Of a stretch of 64,000 nt of DNA, positions 9,020 through 17,622 are shown one piece after another. How positions within the stretch are numbered: position 1 is the stretch's first letter; each line of letters opens with the position of its first letter. The DNA comes from a virus. The notes beneath the pieces were generated by a model. The model worked only from the letters and a program-made list of their open reading frames with translations. It had not been told where the DNA came from and made no database searches. The position numbers and the translations under genes are program-made. The stretch covers positions 3,414 to 67,413 of the IMG/VR virus record IMGVR_UViG_3300034013_000240; one strand, written 5' to 3'.

Positions 9020-9106
9020 ACACATAGATATATATATTTATATATATTGTATTAATATCCTTTAACTTTTCTTATATACCCCCTTTAACTTTTCTTATAG
9101 GGGGTA
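9020..9106. repeat. AT tract + 2x TTTAACTTTTCTTATA + TACCCCC/GGGGGTA hairpin (element A)
   Basis: 16-mer at 9061-9076 and 9084-9099; stem arms 9077-9083 and 9100-9106; inverted sister element at 42528-42618. Confidence 0.85.
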
Positions 9107-9129
9107 CACGACATTTTAAAAGCAATACA

Positions 9130-9333
9130 CTAAACCATTCGCATCTCTCTAGCCATACAACTCCATTTAAGGTTGTTTTTAAGGACTTTCTTTGCTTCTT
9201 GGTATGTAATATTGTTTTCTGAAATAATCTCTCTTAAACGCTCCGTAATCAACTCACGTCTTCTAACTTCTTTTTTGTGTAGTTCAAGACCAATAGCCTC
9301 AACATCTACCTTTACTTTTATTCTTGCTCTCAT
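9130..9333 (-). CDS. hypothetical basic protein
   Basis: 67-aa ORF in the operon. Confidence 0.65.
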   Translation of the reverse strand: MRARIKVKVDVEAIGLELHKKEVRRRELITERLREIISENNITYQEAKKVLKNNLKWSCMAREMRMV

Positions 9334-9336
9334 AAC

Positions 9337-9525
9337 TTATTCTTTTGAGGTTGCACCAACTACTATACAAGCCAGTAGATTAATCATTACTAACAACATG
9401 TATATATGCCAGTTTGGGTAGTTTTCCCTACTATTTTCTAAAGTTCCTATGAACATCAAGCATATAAAAGCAATTAGGCTCAAATATAGCCACTTCTCCC
9501 AAGCATTATAATTAAATTTAAACAT
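9337..9525 (-). CDS. small membrane protein (2 TM helices)
   Basis: Two hydrophobic segments. Confidence 0.65.
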   Translation of the reverse strand: MFKFNYNAWEKWLYLSLIAFICLMFIGTLENSRENYPNWHIYMLLVMINLLACIVVGATSKE

Positions 9526-9528
9526 AGC

Positions 9529-9726
9529 TTAATCTTTTAGTATGAACATTTTTAATATTTCCAAATCGTGTTGAGTTGCCAACACCTCATGCGTTAAGTC
9601 TGATAATTGTTTTCTAATTCTTTGGTTTTCAGCCACTAGTTTAGTAGTCAATTCAACCAATAGTCCAATAGCTTCTGAACTTAATAAAACTGCATCTGTT
9701 AATTGTTTCTTACTTAATTTATCCAT
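9529..9726 (-). CDS. small coiled-coil hypothetical protein
   Basis: 65-aa Leu-rich ORF with A-rich leader. Confidence 0.65.
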   Translation of the reverse strand: MDKLSKKQLTDAVLLSSEAIGLLVELTTKLVAENQRIRKQLSDLTHEVLATQHDLEILKMFILKD

Positions 9727-9762
9727 CTTTATATTATTTTAAGTTAATGCAATATTGCATAG

Positions 9763-9811
9763 TCAATAGAAACGGAATTGAACCGCTTATGATTGTGAAC
9801 CTACCTATTGA
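9763..9811 (-). ncRNA. tRNA-like minihelix (acceptor-like stem + T-arm) containing 12-mer motif copy 5 (9789-9800)
   Basis: Minus strand: TCAATAGG-TAGGTTCACAATCATA-AGCGG-TTCAATT-CCGTT-TCTATTGA. Confidence 0.55.
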
Positions 9812-9819
9812 AATATAAA

Positions 9820-9851
9820 AGTCCTTTGCTAAAATTAATTAACAAAGGACT
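9820..9851. terminator. hairpin AGTCCTTTG…CAAAGGACT, probable intrinsic terminator or processing site
   Basis: 9-bp perfect inverted repeat followed by TTTTAT on the minus strand. Confidence 0.6.
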
Positions 9852-10292
9852 GTATATTTTTATTTATGAATTGAACATTTTTTGCCCTTACTTTTTTGGT
9901 TTTGATAAACCGCATTTATGTAGGTATTGACTAAAACTATACTTAACAATAGTATATAAAAAGCCCTGTAATTTATATGCGTTCCGTACTTATATCACTA
10001 AGGAGGCTTAACGCTTTACAGCCAATGGACTATGGACGCAAATAACCATGTAATTTTTTCAAATTGCGTCTTTTTTGTACGGTTTAAAATTATCATATTT
10101 TTATAATATTCGTACCAATAAAATCATCATCACTTTATTAAAAAACTTGTGCAATTGCACGAAGTTACATTTATGCGTTTATACTATTGTAATAAACAAA
10201 TGTTAATAAGAGGTAAAAATTAAGAACGTGCCGAACTCTTCAGGTATAATTTAACGGCTATTATACGACGGCTAAAAATATAGCCGTTTCGA

Positions 10293-10838
10293 TTATTTTT
10301 TTGTTTTTAAGGCTTTTTTTGTTTCGTTTACTGTATTTTCAGCTATTACTAAATTAATCGCCGTATTGTAGTCTATATTCTTTTTTATAGCCTTACCTAC
10401 AATTTTTTGCACCAATTGAGAAAATGAATATTCACTATATAAACCCGATTTTGACAATTTTACATTTTTAATAAGGAGCTTCAATAGTTCCTCGTTTATA
10501 AACTCACCTTTTCTAGTTTGCTTCGTAACAAAATTTATAAAGTTCTTACATTTCTCAATTAAATTGATATTTTCAGCGAGAGAATAATTTTTATCATTTA
10601 ACTCTTCTACATACTTCTTGGTATTTAATAGAACTTTTAAACCGTCTTTTTTAAATTCTAAAATAGAACGTTTCTTTTGTTGACTAACTAAGTGAGAAAA
10701 TTGAGGGTTTAACAATCTTTTTTGCTTTGCCTTTTCTTTTGATAGAATAGCTTTGTTAACTTGTTCGGTTGTTAATTCTACTACATTAGTAGTCATTTCG
10801 ATTTGATTTTTTGCGATTTGTTTTTTTGTTGTTGCCAT
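10293..10838 (-). CDS. highly basic hypothetical protein (first gene of the leftward arm)
   Basis: 181-aa Lys-rich ORF downstream of a TATATTTG promoter. Confidence 0.75.
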   Translation of the reverse strand: MATTKKQIAKNQIEMTTNVVELTTEQVNKAILSKEKAKQKRLLNPQFSHLVSQQKKRSILEFKKDGLKVLLNTKKYVEELNDKNYSLAENINLIEKCKNFINFVTKQTRKGEFINEELLKLLIKNVKLSKSGLYSEYSFSQLVQKIVGKAIKKNIDYNTAINLVIAENTVNETKKALKTKK

Positions 10839-10924
10839 TTTTATATTATTTATATTATTAAGTCAAAAATAACTATATATATTTCCATTATATATATTTC
10901 CGTTTTTTTGATGGTGTAAACGTA

Positions 10925-10932
10925 CAAATATA
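10925..10932 (-). promoter_or_regulatory. -7 promoter element TATATTTG driving the leftward arm
   Basis: TAnnTTTG match; direct repeat TATATATATTTCC x2 (10874-10901) in the leader. Confidence 0.55.
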
Positions 10933-11724
10933 GTTTTGATTGACAATGCACTTTTTTAAACTTTAACATATTACTAAGAATAATTCAAAGAAAATCTTAA
11001 TTTATTGCATTATTATCAATTTATTTGTTAAATTATTGAAGCGATTTTTATGTATATTTTTATTTTTATATATATCAATTTAGCATGTAATCCAGTATTT
11101 GCACTATTTTTAAGGTTTAAAAACTATAAAAACACAAACTATTTTAATAATGTATTTGTATAAATTGTATTGTATTTATTAAGTTGGTTAACGCATTGGT
11201 ATTGAATTTATAAACTATAAAAACACAATAGTATAAAAGTGCAAAAGTTTAATTAATTACTTTGTAGTTAGTTTGCGGATGTAACTTCAACTATAAACCT
11301 ATTCAAAAAAAATAGTCAACATAAAAATAATTTTATAACCAAAGTACAACCCAACAAAACAAATTTTTTTATCTGAAGACGCATTTTTAAAAATAGTTGT
11401 TTTAAACCTTGAAAAAATAATAGTTATAAAAAGGTAAAATGTTTTTTTGATTTTATCAATTTTTTTAGGGTGGAGGGATAAAAGGATTGGGTTTCTGTGG
11501 GGAGATCTGATCGTAGAATGGGGGGATAACCCAAAATATCCACATATCTCATATCTTTAAAAATAACTGTAGGGGTAAAGTATGTGTTTATATTGGTTTT
11601 AAAAAAAAAACATACAACATCGGTATCAACCATTCTATAAGATTATCTTTATATGATGAGTGACACCAGTCTTGTAGGTTTTAAAAAAGAATATATTTAT
11701 ATATACAATATGTAAAATATGTTG

Positions 11725-11732
11725 TATATTTG
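11725..11732 (+). promoter_or_regulatory. -7 promoter element TATATTTG (near-leaderless)
   Basis: 5 nt upstream of ATG 11738. Confidence 0.6.
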
Positions 11733-11737
11733 CACTT

Positions 11738-12649
11738 ATGAAAACAGATGATTTAAAAACCAGTGGTGATTACCTATCTAAGTATAAACTCGTATTAAGA
11801 TGGGATGGTATTGATTTAGACGAGGCAAAGAGAATAGGGAAAGAAGTGATCCATAATGGTGGATTGGTCTCTTATTATGTAGAGGACGGATACGATTCTT
11901 TCTCAGCACATACATCAACATCTAGGGGAAACTTTTCAAACGCGTTTAGAATAGCTGGGGTTATATCTTTATTGAATCCTGATGTTGAGGAAAGCATTCT
12001 TTTTAAATACATGAATTTATTATGCCTTGAGTTCTTTGATACAAAAGAATTAATGGCTGATAGAGGTATCATACTTGATAACATCAATAATGTAAGGGGT
12101 GGTCTTTATAGTGTACACCCAGTTAAGAAAAAGTTCTTCTGGGTTAAGCCTTATGACAAAATAGGAAAGAAGGATAGGGAAATTGAAGGAAAGATATACG
12201 ATGGAAAATCAAAGGTTGTCATGTCTCACTATAATAAATCAAAAAGAATAGAATCAATACACAACATAGAGCGCGCGATTGACTTATTAATAGAGCTTGG
12301 AAATGATGATAATACGTTTATAACGATAAAAGATATATCTAAAACTAGTGGTGTTTCTGAATCAACAATAAAAAGACTATACTTTATGTTTAAAGAAGAT
12401 ATAGATAGCTACAATCTCTCTATGTTCTCAACATCATCTTACCAGGAGTTTATAAAGGGATGTAATGTAATGAAGATAACTCACGCTATCTCATCATTTA
12501 AAGAGACGCTAGAAAGTAAGATAACTAAAAGAAGCGTATCTGAAAAGTCCGAATTACACATAAACACGGTTTACAATTTATGGGACGAAGATAGCGTTCA
12601 GGATGCTTTAAATGAATACAACAAGTGGATGAAACTAACTAAAAAATAA
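11738..12649 (+). CDS. putative DNA-binding protein with two C-terminal HTH-like motifs
   Basis: 'ITIKDISKTSGVSESTIKR' and 'ITKRSVSEKSELHINTVYN'. Confidence 0.65.
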   Translation: MKTDDLKTSGDYLSKYKLVLRWDGIDLDEAKRIGKEVIHNGGLVSYYVEDGYDSFSAHTSTSRGNFSNAFRIAGVISLLNPDVEESILFKYMNLLCLEFFDTKELMADRGIILDNINNVRGGLYSVHPVKKKFFWVKPYDKIGKKDREIEGKIYDGKSKVVMSHYNKSKRIESIHNIERAIDLLIELGNDDNTFITIKDISKTSGVSESTIKRLYFMFKEDIDSYNLSMFSTSSYQEFIKGCNVMKITHAISSFKETLESKITKRSVSEKSELHINTVYNLWDEDSVQDALNEYNKWMKLTKK

Positions 12650-12652
12650 ATA

Positions 12653-13255
12653 ATGGTATATTTTATAACAGACGGAACATTTACAAAGATAGGTAAGGCT
12701 GATGATGTAAATAAAAGATTAAGAGAATTACAAACTGGTAATCCTAAAAAATTATCTGTAAAATTATGTATTGAAGGTGATGAAGTAGAAGAAAAAAAAC
12801 TTCATAAAATATTTCACAGGAGAAGAATGGTTGGTGAGTGGTTTATAATAGACTTTGATTATGATAAAGAATTTATACAAGAAATAATAGATATTAAATT
12901 TTCAAATAAAATAAAACTAAATAATGAATATTTAAAAGACTTTATTCGTGAATTAGTAATAAATAAACAAAAACATTCTATATCAGAAATATCTAAATTA
13001 ACAGGAATATCGTATAATACAGTTAAAAAGTATTACAAAGAATATATTAAAGAATTTACTTTAGACGAGTATTACTTTATGATTAACAAAAACAATAGCC
13101 TTAAAGATGAGAAGCTATCTCTTATGAAAGACGCTATTGATAAACTAAATAATCTTGGTCTTAAAGTAAATAAACTTACAGTTAGCCAATATAGCGGTGT
13201 TTCTAGAAACACAGTAAATAAGAGATGGAAAGAACTAATTAAATATACATCATAA
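12653..13255 (+). CDS. GIY-YIG-like (T5orf172/MUG113) endonuclease with two HTH motifs
   Basis: 'VYFITDG…KIGKA..VNKRLRELQTGNP…EKKLH…RMVGEWF'; HTH motifs ISEISKLTGISYNTVKKY and VSQYSGVSRNTVNK. Confidence 0.85.
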   Translation: MVYFITDGTFTKIGKADDVNKRLRELQTGNPKKLSVKLCIEGDEVEEKKLHKIFHRRRMVGEWFIIDFDYDKEFIQEIIDIKFSNKIKLNNEYLKDFIRELVINKQKHSISEISKLTGISYNTVKKYYKEYIKEFTLDEYYFMINKNNSLKDEKLSLMKDAIDKLNNLGLKVNKLTVSQYSGVSRNTVNKRWKELIKYTS

Positions 13256-13260
13256 AAACA

Positions 13261-13503
13261 ATGAAAACACAAATTGAGCAGTACATAGAAATGAGAAACC
13301 AAAGGAGATATAATATCAATTGGTTTTACAACCACTACATTGAAAACTCAAAGCATAAAATTAGTATTCAAGACTTTGAACGCATATTTAAAATGTCAAA
13401 TTTAGATTCTATATTATCTCACTTAGACAACAAGTTTCGTCTTGATGTTCTATCTGATAAAAACGGAGTAGTCGTTAAAGTATTTGAAAACTCTAATCCT
13501 TAG
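13261..13503 (+). CDS. hypothetical protein
   Basis: 80-aa ORF, coupled to the upstream gene. Confidence 0.7.
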   Translation: MKTQIEQYIEMRNQRRYNINWFYNHYIENSKHKISIQDFERIFKMSNLDSILSHLDNKFRLDVLSDKNGVVVKVFENSNP

Positions 13504-13657
13504 ACTTATAATCATTAATCTCCTCTAATTCACACTCAATTATATCGTCAAGATATGATGATAAGCTATTAAATAATTCTATCAGGTACAATGAATTATT
13601 CGTGTTTTTGTAGTTTTCTAGTAGGTTTTCACTACTTTCTATAAAGTTTTTGCACAT
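13493..13657 (-). CDS. small acidic hypothetical protein (MCKNFIESSEN…, 54 aa; not in the ORF track)
   Basis: Manual translation; fills the gap and diverges from groEL. Confidence 0.45.
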   Translation of the reverse strand: MCKNFIESSENLLENYKNTNNSLYLIELFNSLSSYLDDIIECELEEINDYKSKD

Positions 13658-13696
13658 ATTCTTAATATTTAGGTGTAAATATATGAAAAAATATTA

Positions 13697-13704
13697 TATA
13701 TTTG
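13697..13704 (+). promoter_or_regulatory. -7 promoter element TATATTTG for groEL-groES
   Basis: TAnnTTTG followed by CA, 31 nt before the ATG. Confidence 0.65.
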
Positions 13705-13735
13705 CAAAATAATTAAAAAACATTAAAATTGAATT

Positions 13736-15304
13736 ATGATAGAAAAAGACATTTATTTTAAAGAACAAGCAAAACTCAAGCTTGTAAATGGAGTGAATAT
13801 TGTGGCTGATGCCGTAAAAGTTACTCTTGGTGCTGGTGGTAGGAATGTTGTAATTGAGGATGCTAGAGGTCTTCCTCATAGTACTAAAGATGGTGTTACC
13901 GTAGCTAACTCAATAACTTTATCAGATCCAGTAGAAAATCTTGGTGCAAGCATCATTAAGCAAGCATCAAACCAGTCTGCTGACAATGCTGGGGATGGCT
14001 CAACTACCGTTTGTGTATTAACTCAATCTATTATTAACGAGGCAATCGGAATAATCGACGAAAACACAAATATCACTCAATTCAAGAAAGGAATGGAGAG
14101 TGCTGCAAAAGAAATATCACTACAACTAAAAAGAGATAGTAAAAAGGTTAATGCCTCAGCGCTAAAAAGTGTTGCTCGTATTTCCGCTAATAACGACTAC
14201 GAGTTAGGTAATATCATTGCAGAGGCTTATAAAAAAGTTGGTGTTAATGGCGTTGTTACGATGGAGGAAAGTATGTCAAGTGAAACTTATGTAGATGTTA
14301 TTGATGGTACAAAAATCAATAAAGGATATGCTAGTCCGTACTTAATAACCAATGTAGAGAAGCAAGAATGCGTATTAGATAATCCATTAGTATTGGTTTC
14401 TGACCAAGAGATTAAGAATATGGAGGATATTTTAGATGTGGCTGAAGTAGCTATGAGAAATAAAAGAAGCCTCTTGATTATAGCTGATGTTGAGACTGGG
14501 GTTATGAATGCTTTAAATGTAAATAAAGCCAAAGGTAATATCAAAGTAAATGTTATTCAGCCAGAAGGTATAGGTGTTAAAAGATTTGAACTTCTTCAAG
14601 ACTTATGCGTTTTAACAGGTGCTAAACTAGCTTCTGATGAAACTGGGGATGACCTATCAATCTTAGACGCATCGTTTCTTGGTGAAGCTATAAAGTGCAT
14701 CTCTACTGACTCTAAGACAGTGTTGATTACGGATCGTTCAAAACACAAGGATAACATCTCCGATGTTGTTAAGACAGTTACTGACTCGATGAATAACAGT
14801 GAGAATAAAATGAATATGTGGCATTACAAAGATAGGCTTAGTCGTTTATGTGGTGGTGTGGCTGTGATTAAAGTAGGGGCTAATAGCGAGGTTGAAATGA
14901 AAGAGAAGAAAGATAGAGTAGATGACGCTATCAAATCAACTAGAGCTGCTTTAGAGGAAGGTATTCTTCCGGGTGGAGGAATTGCATTACTTAAACAATA
15001 TCTTTTAAATGATGCAGAGGGAAGCGCTTTTGAGCTAGGCTATAAATGTGTGTTCAATTCGTTATACTCTCCTTTCCATAACATCTTAAAAAATGCAGGT
15101 GTTAATTCTGGTGATGTTTATAAAAAGTTAATTGACGAGAAAGAGAATTTTGGATTTAACGTAGTAACTGAGGAGTTTGGTGACATGTATAAAATGGGTG
15201 TTATTGATGCTACTAAAGTAGTTAGAAACGCAATTGAAAATGCGGTATCTGTATCGTCTATTTTATTAACAACTGAAGCAACTATAACAAATAAAAGAGC
15301 ATAA
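13736..15304 (+). CDS. groEL: chaperonin GroEL (phage-encoded)
   Basis: AVKVTLGAGGRNV, TKDGVTVA, AGDGSTT, GGVAVIKVGA..EVEMKEKKDRVDDA, PGGG. Confidence 0.97.
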   Translation: MIEKDIYFKEQAKLKLVNGVNIVADAVKVTLGAGGRNVVIEDARGLPHSTKDGVTVANSITLSDPVENLGASIIKQASNQSADNAGDGSTTVCVLTQSIINEAIGIIDENTNITQFKKGMESAAKEISLQLKRDSKKVNASALKSVARISANNDYELGNIIAEAYKKVGVNGVVTMEESMSSETYVDVIDGTKINKGYASPYLITNVEKQECVLDNPLVLVSDQEIKNMEDILDVAEVAMRNKRSLLIIADVETGVMNALNVNKAKGNIKVNVIQPEGIGVKRFELLQDLCVLTGAKLASDETGDDLSILDASFLGEAIKCISTDSKTVLITDRSKHKDNISDVVKTVTDSMNNSENKMNMWHYKDRLSRLCGGVAVIKVGANSEVEMKEKKDRVDDAIKSTRAALEEGILPGGGIALLKQYLLNDAEGSAFELGYKCVFNSLYSPFHNILKNAGVNSGDVYKKLIDEKENFGFNVVTEEFGDMYKMGVIDATKVVRNAIENAVSVSSILLTTEATITNKRA

Positions 15305-15306
15305 TA

Positions 15307-15564
15307 ATGAAAGCACACGGAAGAACAATAGTTTTAAAACCAATTAAAGAAGAGGTTAAAAATAAAATCGGTTTGGTTGTAACAGAAGCTAACGATAGGG
15401 AAATTAGATTTAAGTTAGGTGAAGTTTTTGAGAGTGGTGACTTAGTTAAAGACATCAAGAAAGGAGATAAGCTTTACTATGACAAGCTAAACTCTAGCGA
15501 GATAAGAATAGAAGGTGAGAAATACCTTATAATACAAGAAAACGACGTACGAGTAATCCTTTAA
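15307..15564 (+). CDS. groES: co-chaperonin GroES-like
   Basis: 85 aa; 'IKKGDKLYY…IRIEGEKYLIIQENDV'; adjacent to groEL. Confidence 0.85.
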   Translation: MKAHGRTIVLKPIKEEVKNKIGLVVTEANDREIRFKLGEVFESGDLVKDIKKGDKLYYDKLNSSEIRIEGEKYLIIQENDVRVIL

Positions 15565-15574
15565 ATCAAATAAC

Positions 15575-15805
15575 ATGTTCACATTTAAAACAAATTCAGT
15601 AAAATTAAGTAGCAAAAAAAACGGAATCCTTAGTGTATTTAGTAATACATTAAAAGAATTAAATCAACTAAAAGAAGAGCAAGATAATTACAGAGTAAAA
15701 TTGCAATTAAAGGTTGACGAACTAAAGAATGAGTCTAAAGAAATTGATGCTCAATCGTTAGAGACAAAAAAGATAATCAGTAAAATATCTGAGTTCTTAA
15801 ACTAA
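15575..15805 (+). CDS. small coiled-coil hypothetical protein
   Basis: 76-aa ORF. Confidence 0.65.
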   Translation: MFTFKTNSVKLSSKKNGILSVFSNTLKELNQLKEEQDNYRVKLQLKVDELKNESKEIDAQSLETKKIISKISEFLN

Positions 15806-15808
15806 AAT

Positions 15809-15847
15809 AAAAAAGGGAGTGTAGAAATTAATCTACCTCCCTTTTTT
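15809..15847. terminator. bidirectional intrinsic terminator
   Basis: AAAAAAGGGAG-T-GTAGA…TCTAC-CTCCCTTTTTT between convergent genes. Confidence 0.7.
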
Positions 15848-16376
15848 CTTTATCTTCAAGTCTTTTCTCGTTCATCTTCTTGATAAGCTTTGCATACATT
15901 TTATCAGAGAATGATGCTGATGTACTAAATAATGGATTCTGAGCTACTCTTGTTGGAACTGGCTCTCCTTCTAAGTGCTTGTAGAACTTACTACAAGCCA
16001 TCTTGTATTTTTGAGTTAAAACATATAAAGACTTATATCCTCTCTCATCCTTCCATGATTTTATTATTTCTTTGTCTTTTAGTCTTTTTATCCAATCAAA
16101 TGAAGTAAAACCAAGAGTACAAGAATAAGCATCAAACGTATCTCTATCAAACACAACTTCATCATATAGAAATAATACCATTTCCAATTCAGACAAACTA
16201 AGCTCGTATTTTTTTTGTATATATTTCCTAACTACTCTAAAGTATTTTAGATAGGTACTAGCCTTGCTTTTAAAATAATAAGTAGGAGTGACCCCCAAGT
16301 CTTTTTTCTTCTCTTGAACTTTAAATCTCCTCTCACCTTTTCGGTGCATCTTTCTGTATTTTAGCTTCCTAGCCAT
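15828..16376 (-). CDS. putative winged-helix (MarR-like) protein
   Basis: 'YELSLSELEMVLFLYDE…IKRLKDKEII…LYVLTQK'; has its own TACATTTG promoter at 16400-16407. Confidence 0.6.
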   Translation of the reverse strand: MARKLKYRKMHRKGERRFKVQEKKKDLGVTPTYYFKSKASTYLKYFRVVRKYIQKKYELSLSELEMVLFLYDEVVFDRDTFDAYSCTLGFTSFDWIKRLKDKEIIKSWKDERGYKSLYVLTQKYKMACSKFYKHLEGEPVPTRVAQNPLFSTSASFSDKMYAKLIKKMNEKRLEDKEKREVD

Positions 16377-16422
16377 GTCTATTGTATTAAATTAAGATGC
16401 AAATGTAAAACAAAAAAATATG

Positions 16423-16430
16423 TAACTTTG
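16423..16430 (+). promoter_or_regulatory. -7 promoter element TAACTTTG (back-to-back with a minus-strand promoter at 16400-16407)
   Basis: TAnnTTTGCA. Confidence 0.6.
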
Positions 16431-16446
16431 CAGAAATTTAGTCGTT

Positions 16447-16713
16447 ATGGTTGATAAAAAAGAAATGAAATGCAATTCTCCAAAGAGAACTCCTGGACAT
16501 CCTAAGAAATCTCACATAGTTAAGGCTTGTTTTGATGGGAAGGAAAAAATCATTCGATTTGGAGAGCAAGGAGCTTCTACGGCAGGCAAACCTAAAGCTG
16601 GTGAGAGTGATAGAATGAAAGCAAAGAGAGCGTCTTTTAAGGCTAGACACGGAAAGAATATCGCTAAAGGGAAGTCAAGTGCTGCATTTTGGTCAGATAA
16701 AATTAAGTGGTAA
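16447..16713 (+). CDS. small basic phage protein (…KIIRFG…RASFKARH…SAAFWSDKIKW)
   Basis: Motif set typical of a widespread small basic phage protein family. Confidence 0.75.
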   Translation: MVDKKEMKCNSPKRTPGHPKKSHIVKACFDGKEKIIRFGEQGASTAGKPKAGESDRMKAKRASFKARHGKNIAKGKSSAAFWSDKIKW

Positions 16714-16717
16714 AGTT

Positions 16718-16891
16718 ATGAAAAGTAAAGGGTTAGGAGATACGATAGAAAAACTCACTAAGTTTACAGGTGTAAAACCATTAATGACTAAAATAAATAA
16801 TGGTAAGGAATGTTTACCTTGTCAACATAGAAAAAAAATATTAAACAACCCAGAGCTTTTATTTAATAAATTGCTCTATAAACAAAAATAA
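16718..16891 (+). CDS. small phage protein (MKSKGLGDTIEK…C.PC..RKK.LN)
   Basis: Likely start at 16718 rather than 16679. Confidence 0.65.
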   Translation: MKSKGLGDTIEKLTKFTGVKPLMTKINNGKECLPCQHRKKILNNPELLFNKLLYKQK

Positions 16892-16893
16892 TT

Positions 16894-17049
16894 ATGGCTA
16901 TTAAGAAAAAAATTACAGAGAAAGCTACTGGTGAGAAATACGCGTCAAAGAAAGCGATGATGAAACACGAGAAGTCTGAGGGAAAAAAAGTTCAAAGCAA
17001 AGAGCAAGCAGCTTTTTTAAAAATGATTGCATCTAAAAAGAAAAAATAA
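16894..17049 (+). CDS. small basic protein (MAIKKKITEKATGEKYASKKAMMKHEKSE…, 51 aa; not in the ORF track)
   Basis: Manual translation; TAATG coupling to the next gene. Confidence 0.65.
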   Translation: MAIKKKITEKATGEKYASKKAMMKHEKSEGKKVQSKEQAAFLKMIASKKKK

Positions 17050-17354
17050 TGGGAGAACTAGGTAGAACCGCTAAGTACTACAGAGAAAATCCAGAGGCTA
17101 GAAAGAAACACCAAATCACCTCTAAAAAATGGAATCAATCTGAGGACGGAAAAGCTTATAAGAAAAATAAGAATGCTACCCCTAGTGAAAAAGCAAAACA
17201 AAAAGCTAGAGTAGAGGCTAGATCTAAATTTAAAAACATTCCTGATGGATACGTTGTTGACCACAAAAAGCCATTAGCTAAAGGAGGGAGCAATCATAAG
17301 TCTAACCTTAGAGTTGTTTCAGCTAAAGTAAATAATACTAAAAACAAAAAATAA
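17049..17354 (+). CDS. small HNH endonuclease
   Basis: 'VDHKKPLAKGGSNHKSNLRVVSAKVNNTK'. Confidence 0.85.
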   Translation: MGELGRTAKYYRENPEARKKHQITSKKWNQSEDGKAYKKNKNATPSEKAKQKARVEARSKFKNIPDGYVVDHKKPLAKGGSNHKSNLRVVSAKVNNTKNKK

Positions 17355-17363
17355 AAAAAAATT

Positions 17364-17621
17364 ATGCCGAATCCAAAATTTCAAGCAGGTAAAGCTAAAG
17401 TAGTAACGCCTAGCAATACAGTTGACATAACAAAAAATGTATCAGATATTAATACTGGTTGCGTTTTGTATATAGGAACTGGTGGAGACTTAAAAGTAAA
17501 GACTATTGGTGGTGATGAAGTGACTTTCGTAAATATACAAGATGGTTCATTTTTGCCAGTTCAAGTATTGAGAGTCTTTGCTACAGGAACTAGCGCAACA
17601 AACATTTTAGCTCTTTGGTAG
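17364..17621 (+). CDS. head spike base-like virion protein
   Basis: 'LYIGTGGDLKV…VTFVNIQDGSFLPVQVLRVFATGTSATNILALW' resembles GTA spike-base (Rcc01079-like) proteins. Confidence 0.7.
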   Translation: MPNPKFQAGKAKVVTPSNTVDITKNVSDINTGCVLYIGTGGDLKVKTIGGDEVTFVNIQDGSFLPVQVLRVFATGTSATNILALW

Positions 17622-17622
17622 T

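Larger units (their letters stand above)
10839..11737. other. ~900-bp non-coding divergence region (candidate genome terminus/origin)
   Basis: Very AT-rich, no credible ORF, transcription diverges, AAACTATAAAAACACAA repeated, G-run island. Confidence 0.6.

Noticed and set aside
9763-9811. Canonical tRNA gene
   Set aside because: Only ~49 nt, with no D arm, anticodon arm or encoded CCA. Kept as tRNA-like only.
11424-11633. 69-aa ORF in the divergence region
   Set aside because: Runs through homopolymer and G/C-run sequence and is not protein-like. More likely non-coding.
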